IMG/VR virus record: IMGVR_UViG_3300028806_000013
Location: 1 to 57,257 of that record
Length of the DNA: 57,257 bases
Strand: one strand, 5' to 3'
From: a virus
Lineage: Duplodnaviria > Caudoviricetes
The notes under the pieces are model-generated. The model was not told the DNA's origin. It searched no databases and worked only from the letters and a program-made list of their open reading frames with translations. Numbering within the stretch: position 1 is the first letter of the stretch; every line of letters starts with the position of its first letter. Shown in pieces: positions 27,709 through 37,379 of this stretch. Position numbers and translations under genes: made by a program.

Positions 27709-28833
27709 ATGGCAGTTGCGCAGCGTAACATTAATTGGCCGGCACAGCAGGTTGTAGCAAATGCGGTTACTTTAACAACTTCCTCATTTGGGGAAGATGA
27801 CGAGGCAGTTGTTTCGACAACTGCTTCTGCTTCTGCTGGAAATATACTAATTAATGGTACGCTGTCTAATACGCCAACAGTTCCAACTGCTGCCAATTTG
27901 GGTGATAAAACCGTCCTTGCTAGTAATGTGAGTGTTCTATCAACTGATAATATTTCAGGCGCTACTTTTACAATTAGTGGATTTTATTTAGGGTTGCCTC
28001 AGACTGATTTTGTGACTGGTGTTAATAACAATACGGTTTATACCAATTTGTTGTTTACAACTGTGACTAATGTTTCGGTTGATATGACGGTTACCAATTT
28101 TAGTCTTGGTAAGGGCGGTCCCAGTAATTCCAATCAGACGGCAAGCCTTGTTATTGATGGCACTTATTCAAATTATCTAACCCAATTAGGTCCTTATGTA
28201 GCGACTTTCAAGGATATGATTAGAACGGTTAGTTTTTCTTCTAATGATGACTTAACTTCATCTGGGATTACTTTGACCATTATTGGTACTTATTTAGGGA
28301 ATGTTGTCCAAGACCAAACTATTACTTCAGGAAATTTACCTAATAATAGTATGGTTCAGACGACTCAAATTTTTGATTCTGTAACGCAAGTTATCGTGTC
28401 TGGAGGAACCCCTACTAATTTTAGTATTGGTTTAGGTTTTTATGGGATGCTGCAATTCGTTAATTATGATTTTAAAGAGTCAATTTCAGCGTTAGCCGTT
28501 CAAGTTATTGTTGGTGGCACCATTAATTACAGCTTTGGTGGAACATTGCAAAATGTTTCAAATTTAGCGGTTGCGAATCCGGCAGCTTATTTTGGTGTTA
28601 GTCCACCCGTTAATCCACCAGCAACCCTACCAACACCTAATCAATTATACCTATTTGATGCAACAGCTTCTTCTAGTATGACTAATCTAGCTGTCGATAG
28701 TATGGCATCTGTGACGACATTACCGCTTAGATATTACACAATTTTAATTGCGAATCAGAGCGGCGGTGAAGACCCAAATACCATTGATGAATCAGGTTCT
28801 TTACAAGTTTACTTCATACAAGGAGGAATCTAA
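27709..28833 (+). CDS. putative virion structural protein
   Basis: beta-rich with an internal duplicated segment; ends IQGG. Confidence 0.7.
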   Translation: MAVAQRNINWPAQQVVANAVTLTTSSFGEDDEAVVSTTASASAGNILINGTLSNTPTVPTAANLGDKTVLASNVSVLSTDNISGATFTISGFYLGLPQTDFVTGVNNNTVYTNLLFTTVTNVSVDMTVTNFSLGKGGPSNSNQTASLVIDGTYSNYLTQLGPYVATFKDMIRTVSFSSNDDLTSSGITLTIIGTYLGNVVQDQTITSGNLPNNSMVQTTQIFDSVTQVIVSGGTPTNFSIGLGFYGMLQFVNYDFKESISALAVQVIVGGTINYSFGGTLQNVSNLAVANPAAYFGVSPPVNPPATLPTPNQLYLFDATASSSMTNLAVDSMASVTTLPLRYYTILIANQSGGEDPNTIDESGSLQVYFIQGGI

Positions 28834-29045
28834 TGGGTCGCGCTAAAAAGATGGCTGAAGGTGGAAAGTGGATTCAGAATATGAAAATGAAAAAAGGGGC
28901 GCTTCATAAAGAAATGGGGGTTGCTACTGATAAAAAAATACCTGCTAAGGCGCTAGAAAAAGCAACTCATTCTAAGAATCCTTTACTGCGTAAGCGTGCG
29001 AATTTAGCGAAAACCTTAAAAGGTTTATCGAAGAACCATGGCTAA
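28833..29045 (+). CDS. small basic protein
   Basis: KWIQ...KKGALH...KKIPAK...KRANLAKTL; contains MAEGG. Confidence 0.75.
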   Translation: MGRAKKMAEGGKWIQNMKMKKGALHKEMGVATDKKIPAKALEKATHSKNPLLRKRANLAKTLKGLSKNHG

Positions 29046-29054
29046 GGAGCGTAG

Positions 29055-30116
29055 ATGGCCACGTCAGGAACTTATAACTTTCTCTCTCCTAAGAGTGTCG
29101 AACTCATAACCGACGCTTACGAGCGTGTTATGACTATTCCAGACCCCATGCCAGCTCAATTAATTCAAACTGCTCAACGTTCGATTAATTTAATGTTTTC
29201 CTCTTGGTATAACCGAGGTTGGAATCTTTGGACAACTCAAAGACGTGTTTTAGGCATATATGCAGGTCAAAACACTTATACGTTACCCATTCAAGTGCAA
29301 GATTTATTGTGGGCTGAATTACGCACTTCTAATCGTTTATTGGGCGGAATTGCTATTTCTAGTGCTGGCAATGCGCAGAATGCCTTTGATAACAATCCTG
29401 CTACTTTTTGTGATGCAGGAACCAATGGATTTATTGGCTATAACTGGCAAGGTGCCCAGTATGCGATTCAGATGGTAGGTATTCAATCTCAAACGACTGC
29501 TAATTACACGTTAAATTTCCAATATTCCTTTAATGGAACGGCGTGGACAACGGTTTATTCTGTTCCTACACAATCTTATCAAGCCGGTATTTTGAATTGG
29601 TTTGTGATTACTTCTCCAACTTTAGGCACCTATTTTCGGGTAATAGAGACCAATGGCGCTGATTTAAATTTACAAGAGTTATACTTCAATAATGCGCTTT
29701 ATGATACCCGTATCACACCCTTAAGTGCCGTTGAATACGATAATCAGCCTAATAAGAATTCCATGGGTCGTCCTACCTCTTATTACTTTAATAGATTAAC
29801 CACACCCACTTTAACCTTATGGTTAACACCTAGTCCGCAATATAACGCCGTTTTATATACGACTAAGGATGCGATTCAAGATATTGGACAACTTCAGAAT
29901 AACGCTGAAATTCCAGCACGTTTCTTAGAACCTGCGGTTGCGGGATTGGCACATCGTTTAGCGGTGAAATTGAGATTTAAATACAACATACCATCTGATG
30001 TGATTGCAACTTTAAAAGCGTATGCAGATGAAGAATTTGATAGAGCCGCTAAGACAGATACGGAGAATGTTCCAACCAGAATCTATCCAGACATGGTAGG
30101 GGGATGGTTTAGATGA
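29055..30116 (+). CDS. putative head-tail adaptor with inserted beta-sandwich domain
   Basis: MATSGTYNF, WYNRGWNLWT, PNKNSMGRP, IPARF..AGLA motifs; central AFDNNPATF segment. Confidence 0.65.
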   Translation: MATSGTYNFLSPKSVELITDAYERVMTIPDPMPAQLIQTAQRSINLMFSSWYNRGWNLWTTQRRVLGIYAGQNTYTLPIQVQDLLWAELRTSNRLLGGIAISSAGNAQNAFDNNPATFCDAGTNGFIGYNWQGAQYAIQMVGIQSQTTANYTLNFQYSFNGTAWTTVYSVPTQSYQAGILNWFVITSPTLGTYFRVIETNGADLNLQELYFNNALYDTRITPLSAVEYDNQPNKNSMGRPTSYYFNRLTTPTLTLWLTPSPQYNAVLYTTKDAIQDIGQLQNNAEIPARFLEPAVAGLAHRLAVKLRFKYNIPSDVIATLKAYADEEFDRAAKTDTENVPTRIYPDMVGGWFR

Positions 30117-30529
30117 GTTATAGACCGAAGGGTAAACATGTCCAGATTGATTCCAAAGACCCTGAATCGTTAGGTCGATGCGATTACACGGGTTCTATCT
30201 TTAATCGAAGTGATTTGGTTAAGCAAATGGAATGGCGCGGGAATGCCCTTGTTTGGACAGGATTTTATGTAGGCCGTCCTTTTGCCGATGTGCCTAATGA
30301 GCAATTACGCCCACCGATGTTGCCTCCGGACCCTGTTCCTATTATTAATCCGCGTCCTAAACAGCCAACGATTGTGACATGGGCGATTGGTAATAGTGTG
30401 CCTTGGAGTGAAATAGATGTATTCAGCTGGGCAAGTTGGGAAGGTGTTTCAGACGGGGTTATTTGTTTGCCCGAACCACAGCGATATGACGCATTAACAA
30501 AAGCATTTTTTGGAGTGGGTAACTCATGA
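30113..30529 (+). CDS. hypothetical virion-module protein
   Basis: CDYTG...DPVPIINPRP. Confidence 0.7.
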   Translation: MSYRPKGKHVQIDSKDPESLGRCDYTGSIFNRSDLVKQMEWRGNALVWTGFYVGRPFADVPNEQLRPPMLPPDPVPIINPRPKQPTIVTWAIGNSVPWSEIDVFSWASWEGVSDGVICLPEPQRYDALTKAFFGVGNS

Positions 30530-30933
30530 CGCAATTAACAAATTTTCCCCCATCAGGTACTTATGGTGACATCTTAACGACAACACCACCGCCCCCTAAT
30601 TCTCCAGGGTCTGGATTAAACATTGTTCCAGGGCAAGTGCAAGATGGATTTGGCAATGCATCGCCAATGACAATTGGATTGAATTCTGTGGGATTTACGC
30701 GTTCTGGAACGCAGTTTTTCTTACTCGATGGCGTACCGCTTCTAGCGGCGGCTGTTGATATTAACAATGTTTGCCAGGCTAATCCTATTTTTACCGGCAC
30801 TGCTGCCGTGATGCTTCCCAGCGGAACAACAAGCCAAAGGCCAGTTGGGACGCCTGGAATGATTCGATATAACACCACAACCAATGCGGTAGAGGCGTTT
30901 CAAGGCGCTATTCCAGCGTGGGTTTCACTTTAA
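30526..30933 (+). CDS. putative tail-associated protein
   Basis: LPSGTTSQRP...GMIRYNTT fibre-type motif. Confidence 0.7.
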   Translation: MTQLTNFPPSGTYGDILTTTPPPPNSPGSGLNIVPGQVQDGFGNASPMTIGLNSVGFTRSGTQFFLLDGVPLLAAAVDINNVCQANPIFTGTAAVMLPSGTTSQRPVGTPGMIRYNTTTNAVEAFQGAIPAWVSL

Positions 30934-30946
30934 ATGAGGACATATA

Positions 30947-32887
30947 ATGAGTTCACCTAATAGCGACGGAAATTTTGGTGGTTTAACGACTCCTATTCTA
31001 ATTGCAGATAATGTTCAAATAGTCGGTGGTAAATCATCCAGTCCAGATGGATTAGGACAATTAACCAGAATAGGTGGTTCTCCTGCTGCTATTGCATTAG
31101 AAATTCAATCGATAACGGGTGGTCTTATTGTTCCACGAATGACGGCTGCGCAACAAACCCTTCAGAATGGTTTTTGGTTGGATGGCACTGTTGTTTATAT
31201 TACGGACGGTGTAGGTGCAGGATTTCAATTTAGAGAATTAGGTTCTTGGATTGATATTCCGGCAGGAGGTATTGGAAATGTGACCTTTAGTGGAACGCCG
31301 CCAGTGGGTCAATTTAACATTCCATTTTTCACGGATACGACTGGTTTAAATATTGGGGATAGTGGTGTCAATATTTCTAAAGTTCCCGCAACTGTTGGGA
31401 TAAATTCTTCTTTAGTCACTGTGAATGAATTAACCTCATTACAAATTATTGAATTTACTAGTTTAGCCCCTTCTCCTACTTTTGGATTAGGAGATTGTGC
31501 AATTGGTATTAGCGATTGGTCTACGGGTATTAGAGTTGCAACGGTATTTAAAACAGATAATACGCATGGTTGTATTACGATTTCGACTGCTTTACCCCCT
31601 ACCACGCCAAATACATCAACTGCGTTTGAAATTCAAGCAACAGACCAAGCATTCTTAAATGCCAGAATGAGTACGACTCAGAAGAATGCTTTAACAGCTG
31701 TTAATGGGATGCAGGTATATGATTCCACGTTAGCGGAAATGAGTTTTTATCAAGCTGGCGCTTGGACTTCTTATTTGACAGCGTCAGGCCCTAGCGTCCT
31801 GAACATTAGGATTGCGCCATCTGCTCCTGCAACGACTAATTTATTATTAACGGATTACATATTGCAATTACCCACTTTTTCGGCTGGTGTGTCGTATGGA
31901 TATCTGGTGGTATTACCGACTTTAACAAGTGCAACGGCGGGTCAGTCCTGGGTTATTAAGGATGCGACGGGGAGTGCTGGCACAGGAACAGAGGCGATTG
32001 CTATTACTAATTATGGAACAGACCTAATTGATGGGATAGTCACTTATACCCTCACTGAGCCTTATAGTTCAGTCACTCTTTACAGTGATGGCAGTAATTA
32101 TTATACCTCTGCGATTAGCACTGGAAACTCTGGCTTATCTTCTCCATTCGTTTCGGTTGCTGCTGATTATGCAGCAGGGGCAGCAGATGGAGTTATTAAT
32201 GTCAGCAACACTTCTGTCGCACGAACCATTACATTGCCTGCGCCGCTTGTTAGAGCAAGAGGACAAATGTTTACCGTCAAAGATGCGTCTGGAGCTGCTG
32301 CAACTAACCATATTACCGTTGAAGCTGCCTCTGGATTAATTGATGGGGCGTCAACAGCCGTTATTAATACCAATTATGGTTCATTAACTTTTACATCAGA
32401 TGGCACTAACTATTATACCACTGGAGAAGCAGGTGTTTCTGGCGGAGGCGGTGGCGTTACAAGTGTTACTGGAACAACCAATAGAATCACTTCGACAGGA
32501 GGAACAACGCCTGCCATTGATATCAGCGCATCGTATGTGGGCCAAACCAGCATTACCACGTTAGGTACTTTGACTTCATTAACGGTTGGAGGTGCTCAAT
32601 TCCTTCATAGAAATGCAATTAATTTCGCTGCTTCTCCTTATACGATGCAGACTACAGATTATTTAATAGCGGTTGATTCTTCTGGTGGCGCTGTCAGTGT
32701 TCTATTAGGAACGCCTGTCAATGGTAGATATATCGTTATTAAGGATGAAACCGGAAATGCCGCAGCCAATAACATTACTATTAGTGGAGCTGGTGTTTTA
32801 ATAGATGGATTATCAACGGCGGTTATAAATACCAATTACGCATCTTTAACATTGTACAGCGATGGAACAAATTACTTTATTATTTAA
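30947..32887 (+). CDS. putative tail fibre with three repeated beta domains
   Basis: three KDxxGxA...IDG...YxSxTxxSDGxNY repeats. Confidence 0.75.
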   Translation: MSSPNSDGNFGGLTTPILIADNVQIVGGKSSSPDGLGQLTRIGGSPAAIALEIQSITGGLIVPRMTAAQQTLQNGFWLDGTVVYITDGVGAGFQFRELGSWIDIPAGGIGNVTFSGTPPVGQFNIPFFTDTTGLNIGDSGVNISKVPATVGINSSLVTVNELTSLQIIEFTSLAPSPTFGLGDCAIGISDWSTGIRVATVFKTDNTHGCITISTALPPTTPNTSTAFEIQATDQAFLNARMSTTQKNALTAVNGMQVYDSTLAEMSFYQAGAWTSYLTASGPSVLNIRIAPSAPATTNLLLTDYILQLPTFSAGVSYGYLVVLPTLTSATAGQSWVIKDATGSAGTGTEAIAITNYGTDLIDGIVTYTLTEPYSSVTLYSDGSNYYTSAISTGNSGLSSPFVSVAADYAAGAADGVINVSNTSVARTITLPAPLVRARGQMFTVKDASGAAATNHITVEAASGLIDGASTAVINTNYGSLTFTSDGTNYYTTGEAGVSGGGGGVTSVTGTTNRITSTGGTTPAIDISASYVGQTSITTLGTLTSLTVGGAQFLHRNAINFAASPYTMQTTDYLIAVDSSGGAVSVLLGTPVNGRYIVIKDETGNAAANNITISGAGVLIDGLSTAVINTNYASLTLYSDGTNYFII

Positions 32888-32898
32888 GGGGAATTAAT

Positions 32899-33237
32899 GT
32901 GGCATATACAGGAATAGGCGTGCCTTTAACGGTTCCGGGTACTCATATTCATGCGCCGAATAATTATACAGTTTTATTAACGGATAATATTGTTGCGCTG
33001 ATTACGGTAACTAATTGGATTATTACATTACCAGATAGTGTTAGTGGTCCATTACCAGGAGTTGCGCAAGTTTTTGTGATTAAAGATTATAACGGAACTT
33101 GTTCTCCAACGAATAATATAGCCATTAGCACATTAAATGGCGCAACTATTGACGGGCAAACGACTTATACGATGGAAACAGCGTGGAGTTCAGTTTCTTT
33201 ATTTTTTGATGGCACTAATTATTTTATTTTCTTCTAA
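32899..33237 (+). CDS. single-repeat fibre-like protein
   Basis: stand-alone copy of the IKD...IDG...DGTNY domain. Confidence 0.7.
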   Translation: MAYTGIGVPLTVPGTHIHAPNNYTVLLTDNIVALITVTNWIITLPDSVSGPLPGVAQVFVIKDYNGTCSPTNNIAISTLNGATIDGQTTYTMETAWSSVSLFFDGTNYFIFF

Positions 33238-33247
33238 GGATAAATAA

Positions 33248-33601
33248 ATGTCTTATTTACCATTTTCAGGAATTTTTCCGATTAATTATCAAATCATTAA
33301 TCCTGGGACTCCTTATGTTGCGGTAGACACTGATTACATTATTGCAGCGGGAAATTCTGGTACACCGCTTGGCACAGCAGTTGTTCAATTACCCGATGCG
33401 CCTGTCGATGGGCGTGTTTATATCATCTTTGATTATCAGGGAAATATTAGTAATCGTGATGCCATCACGATTACGACAGTCAGTGGTGGAACACTATTTG
33501 GAGATATAAATGCTGGCGCGTTGTCTTTTAATATCGTGAATCCTTTTGGTGGTGTAATGATTATTGGGTCTGCAAATCAGGGCTGTTATTACGTTTTATA
33601 G
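33248..33601 (+). CDS. single-repeat fibre-like protein
   Basis: diverged copy (TDYII...LP...GRVYIIFD). Confidence 0.7.
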   Translation: MSYLPFSGIFPINYQIINPGTPYVAVDTDYIIAAGNSGTPLGTAVVQLPDAPVDGRVYIIFDYQGNISNRDAITITTVSGGTLFGDINAGALSFNIVNPFGGVMIIGSANQGCYYVL

Positions 33602-33610
33602 GAGTTAAAC

Positions 33611-34051
33611 ATGCAAATTTTAAACTCAATGGCTAACAACGGACTCGTCGTCCTACAAACACCGAATCCAGGAATAACAGGTGTTTTTAGTGCATCTTCT
33701 GGTTTGGACGGAACAAGCACGAGCAGCACTGCTGTTATTGGATATATCCAGACTGGTGGTGTTAGTTTTATTCCTTTATTTGCGTTTGCAAAATTGTCGT
33801 GGAATGGAGGCACAGTCACGGTGGGGCCAACCATTGAAATTGGATTCGCTGTAACCCCCAATGAGATTGTAGCTGGCACAGTGCTTAATCATACATCGAA
33901 CGGCGGTGTTACACCATTAGTATTAGCTACTCCAATCCCCTCCTTTCCTGTTGGATCGCCCAGCTTCTTTACAACAAGTGTTTCGGTTGCGAGAACAGGA
34001 ACCTCAACACAGGTATTTGTTGAAGTCTATCTAATAGGGATTTACGCTTAA
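33611..34051 (+). CDS. hypothetical virion protein
   Basis: AGGAG RBS; beta-rich. Confidence 0.65.
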   Translation: MQILNSMANNGLVVLQTPNPGITGVFSASSGLDGTSTSSTAVIGYIQTGGVSFIPLFAFAKLSWNGGTVTVGPTIEIGFAVTPNEIVAGTVLNHTSNGGVTPLVLATPIPSFPVGSPSFFTTSVSVARTGTSTQVFVEVYLIGIYA

Positions 34052-34690
34052 ATGACAATGACCTATAACTCGTTAGTAGCTGAAGTTCAAGCGTATTTAG
34101 AGCGTACGGATGTGTCTACGCTCAATAATATTCCTAATTTCATTTCTAATGCAGAATATAGAATTTCAGAAAATCTCGATAATCATCTAGGTTTAGTGCA
34201 ATACGTCACCGATGTTTTCTTAGTTCCTAATGGCATGATTATTGCTAAACCTGCTCGCTGGAAACGCACCCTTTCTTGGCGTTACGGCTCAGGCGCAGGC
34301 TTTAATACCAGCAATCAGCTCTATTTGCGTGACTATGATTTTTGTAATCTTTACGCGCCCGATAGAACTGTTTTAGCACCCCCTGAATATTATGCAGATT
34401 ATGGTTATTACAATTGGTTAGTATCCCCAACACCAGACCAAGCGTATCCCTATGAGATTGCTTACATAGAATTAGTTTCACCTCTTAGTGTTGCGAATCA
34501 AACTAATTGGTTGACTAATTATGCTCCAACTGCGTTGCTTTATGGAACGCTCCTAGAGTCAACGCCCTATCTCAAAGATGATGAGCGCATACCGACTTGG
34601 AAGCAGTATTACGATGAAGCGATTTCCCGAATGAAAGCTCAAGATACGGGTCGCTATACCGACAGAGCGAGCAATAGGGAGTCTGACTAA
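34052..34690 (+). CDS. putative head-tail adaptor / tail tubular A-like protein
   Basis: MTYNSL...IPNFISNAE...PTPDQAY...TNWL...LLYGTL motifs. Confidence 0.75.
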   Translation: MTMTYNSLVAEVQAYLERTDVSTLNNIPNFISNAEYRISENLDNHLGLVQYVTDVFLVPNGMIIAKPARWKRTLSWRYGSGAGFNTSNQLYLRDYDFCNLYAPDRTVLAPPEYYADYGYYNWLVSPTPDQAYPYEIAYIELVSPLSVANQTNWLTNYAPTALLYGTLLESTPYLKDDERIPTWKQYYDEAISRMKAQDTGRYTDRASNRESD

Positions 34691-36261
34691 TGCCAACCCC
34701 TAATCCGCTCTATGTTGAAAAGATGTCTCCATTCATGTCTCGTCCTGGCGTACAGAAGGATGGCACCCTATTGGCTAGCAGATTCTGGACAGATAGCCAG
34801 CATTGCAGATTTCAACGAGGTCTCCCCAGAAAGATGGGGGGCTATAAAGAATTGGCTACCAATATTACGAATGTTCCACGTGGCACAATATTAGTGCCTA
34901 ATTCCCCTTATTTTAATGTGTATGTGGCACAGAATAATTCCACTTATCCATTCAGTTTGGAATATTTGACGATTGACCAAGATGGAACGGTCATTACTTC
35001 TTTGGGAACGATTGATAGAACGCCTTTAACCTTAGCGGTTAATGTGAACAATGACTGGCAATTTGACAGCATGTTTTCAACGACTGATGACGGTTCTATT
35101 CTAATTGCCTTTGCAGCCCCTAATTTAGATGCCATTGATAGTACGGTAGAGCGCGATGTGTTCTATGGAGATTCATTAGCGACAACCCGTCTTATTTCCA
35201 CTGGTCACGCAGTTTCTGGTGGCATTGTAGTCCTACATCCTTATCTCTTTCTATTTGGGAATGCCGGGCATGTGCAATGGAGCGCACCTAATGACCCTCT
35301 GACGATTCAAGGGGACGCGCGAGTCAGTGCTGAGAAGGTCGTGGCTGGAATTGCGGTCAGAGGTGGTAATTCTTCTCCTGCCGGTTTGTTCTGGACATTG
35401 AATAATCTCATTCGATGCACCTTTACTGGACCACCTAATGATTTCACCTTTGATACGATTTCGGATGAGACCTCTATTCTTTCTTCGAGTTCTGTCATCG
35501 AATATGACGGTCTCTATTTCTGGGTCGCTATCGATAGATTCTGCGTTTATAACGGAACTGTTAAAGAAGTGCCTAACGATATGGTGCTTAATTGGTTTTT
35601 TGATAATTTGAATTTTACTTGGCGGCAGAAGGTATGGGCGACTAAGGTGCCTCGTTTCGGGGAAATTTGGTGGTTCTTTCCGTTTGGGGACAGTATTGAA
35701 TGCAATGCAGCGGTGGTTTACAACGTGCGAGAAAACACGTGGTATCCCACGATGCTGGACCGTTCTTGTGGCATTTACAATCAGGTTTATCAATATCCTT
35801 TATGGCTAGGGGATACGATTAACAAAGCGGGTGGTTATAGCGTTTGGGAGCATGAAGTTGGTTACGACGAAGTGTTCATTGATAACTCTACTTCTCCCAT
35901 TGATTCTTATATTCAAACGAGTGTGGTTGCTCTTCCGGCTTATGGTCCTACTGGCGAGTTCTCAGGGATGGATAGATGGTCTGAATATTATCGTTATGAG
36001 CCTGATTTGATTCAGCGAGGGGATATGACGCTGACTGTTATGGGTCGTCAATATGCCAATAGTCCTCTAACGGTGGGTGGAACTTACCCTATGTTGGCCA
36101 ATAATTCCGCGGTAATTCCCCCTATTTTAGCCACTACCAAGATAGATATTCGAGAACAGTATCGTCAGATGTTGATTAAGTTTGAGAGCAATGTGGTGGG
36201 TGGGTATTACGAATTTGGATTGAATTTAAATGTCTTCAGAGTGGGGGATGCGCGTCAATGA
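34690..36261 (+). CDS. putative tail nozzle / tail tubular B-like protein
   Basis: 523 aa, beta-propeller-like; EIWWFFP, VYNVRENTW. Confidence 0.75.
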   Translation: MPTPNPLYVEKMSPFMSRPGVQKDGTLLASRFWTDSQHCRFQRGLPRKMGGYKELATNITNVPRGTILVPNSPYFNVYVAQNNSTYPFSLEYLTIDQDGTVITSLGTIDRTPLTLAVNVNNDWQFDSMFSTTDDGSILIAFAAPNLDAIDSTVERDVFYGDSLATTRLISTGHAVSGGIVVLHPYLFLFGNAGHVQWSAPNDPLTIQGDARVSAEKVVAGIAVRGGNSSPAGLFWTLNNLIRCTFTGPPNDFTFDTISDETSILSSSSVIEYDGLYFWVAIDRFCVYNGTVKEVPNDMVLNWFFDNLNFTWRQKVWATKVPRFGEIWWFFPFGDSIECNAAVVYNVRENTWYPTMLDRSCGIYNQVYQYPLWLGDTINKAGGYSVWEHEVGYDEVFIDNSTSPIDSYIQTSVVALPAYGPTGEFSGMDRWSEYYRYEPDLIQRGDMTLTVMGRQYANSPLTVGGTYPMLANNSAVIPPILATTKIDIREQYRQMLIKFESNVVGGYYEFGLNLNVFRVGDARQ

Positions 36262-36485
36262 TTATTCCTACTTTTATTAGTTTGACGGATTGGTCGGCAT
36301 CACTCGTCATTGATTTTCCTCTCGATAACATACCGATTTTGTATTCGGAAGAAGATTGGATTTCGTGGGGGGATTTATTGGTTCAGGAGAATAGTTTTGA
36401 GGAAGCAGATGCACCGGGAACCGCTTTATTTACAGAGTGGAATTCTTGGGCAGATGCAGTTTTTTTTGCAATGTCAAACAATTGA
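36258..36485 (+). CDS. small Trp-rich hypothetical protein
   Basis: coupled ORF. Confidence 0.7.
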   Translation: MIIPTFISLTDWSASLVIDFPLDNIPILYSEEDWISWGDLLVQENSFEEADAPGTALFTEWNSWADAVFFAMSNN

Positions 36486-36497
36486 AGGAGTCACGAT

Positions 36498-37370
36498 ATG
36501 AGTTTTATGAGAGGGTTGAAGCGATTTGGGAAAGGGGTAGCCAACATGGGTATGGACGTGGCGGGTCAATTAGCACCGATGGCTGGTCAAGCCCTTGGAA
36601 CGGCTTATGGTGGTCCAATGGGGGGTGCCATGGGTGGGGCATTAGGTCAAAGTATGGGGGCCGGCATGGGTCAACACAAGTTTGGGGGTTTTGGTAAAAA
36701 TAAGGGTGTTCAACAAAATCCTAATCAATTTGGCGATGTGCCAATGGGCCAAATGGGTAATGCCATGGGTCAACAGTTCGGGGGGCAGATTGGCTCTAGT
36801 ATGTCCCCTGCTTTTCAGCCATTTGCACAAGAGATGGGCAATCAAGCGGGTAAATATATGCAAGGTAAGATGAATCAGCATATGCCTCAATCTATGCAGA
36901 ATACCACTTACGGCAACTTGGGTCAGTCCATGGCGAACCAAGGGATGCAACAGATGCAAAAACGCTATGGTCAACAACCACAGCAACCACAAGGTCCTCA
37001 ATTTGGACCTCAGCCTCAGCAACAGCATGAGCAAAATATGGAACATTTCCAAGAAATGCCATTTGCGGGTGAGTATGCGATGGGCGGACATGTGGATGGA
37101 TACCATGATGGCGGCTCTTTACATCACGCGATGAATGCTATGGCGCATGGTGGTTCTATGATGAGTCATATGGCGCATGGTGGCATGGTAGGGGGTTATC
37201 ATGGTGGCGGTTACATGCCGCATCATCCTACCCATATGCATGGCGGATATCCTTATGCTGAAGGTGGTGCAGTTGGACTTCGTGAATTGGCAGACATGAT
37301 TCAGCAAGCAACTGCTCAACAAGGTGGTGGAATGGGTGGTCAAGGCGGTCAAGAAACTCCTAGTTATTAA
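36498..37370 (+). CDS. G/M/Q-rich putative internal virion protein
   Basis: glycine zipper and several [YM]xxGG motifs. Confidence 0.65.
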   Translation: MSFMRGLKRFGKGVANMGMDVAGQLAPMAGQALGTAYGGPMGGAMGGALGQSMGAGMGQHKFGGFGKNKGVQQNPNQFGDVPMGQMGNAMGQQFGGQIGSSMSPAFQPFAQEMGNQAGKYMQGKMNQHMPQSMQNTTYGNLGQSMANQGMQQMQKRYGQQPQQPQGPQFGPQPQQQHEQNMEHFQEMPFAGEYAMGGHVDGYHDGGSLHHAMNAMAHGGSMMSHMAHGGMVGGYHGGGYMPHHPTHMHGGYPYAEGGAVGLRELADMIQQATAQQGGGMGGQGGQETPSY

Positions 37371-37379
37371 GGATTAGAC

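Noticed and set aside
30947-33601. Diversity-generating retroelement TR/VR pair
   Set aside because: The repeats are diverged protein domains without adenine-specific differences, and no reverse transcriptase is encoded.
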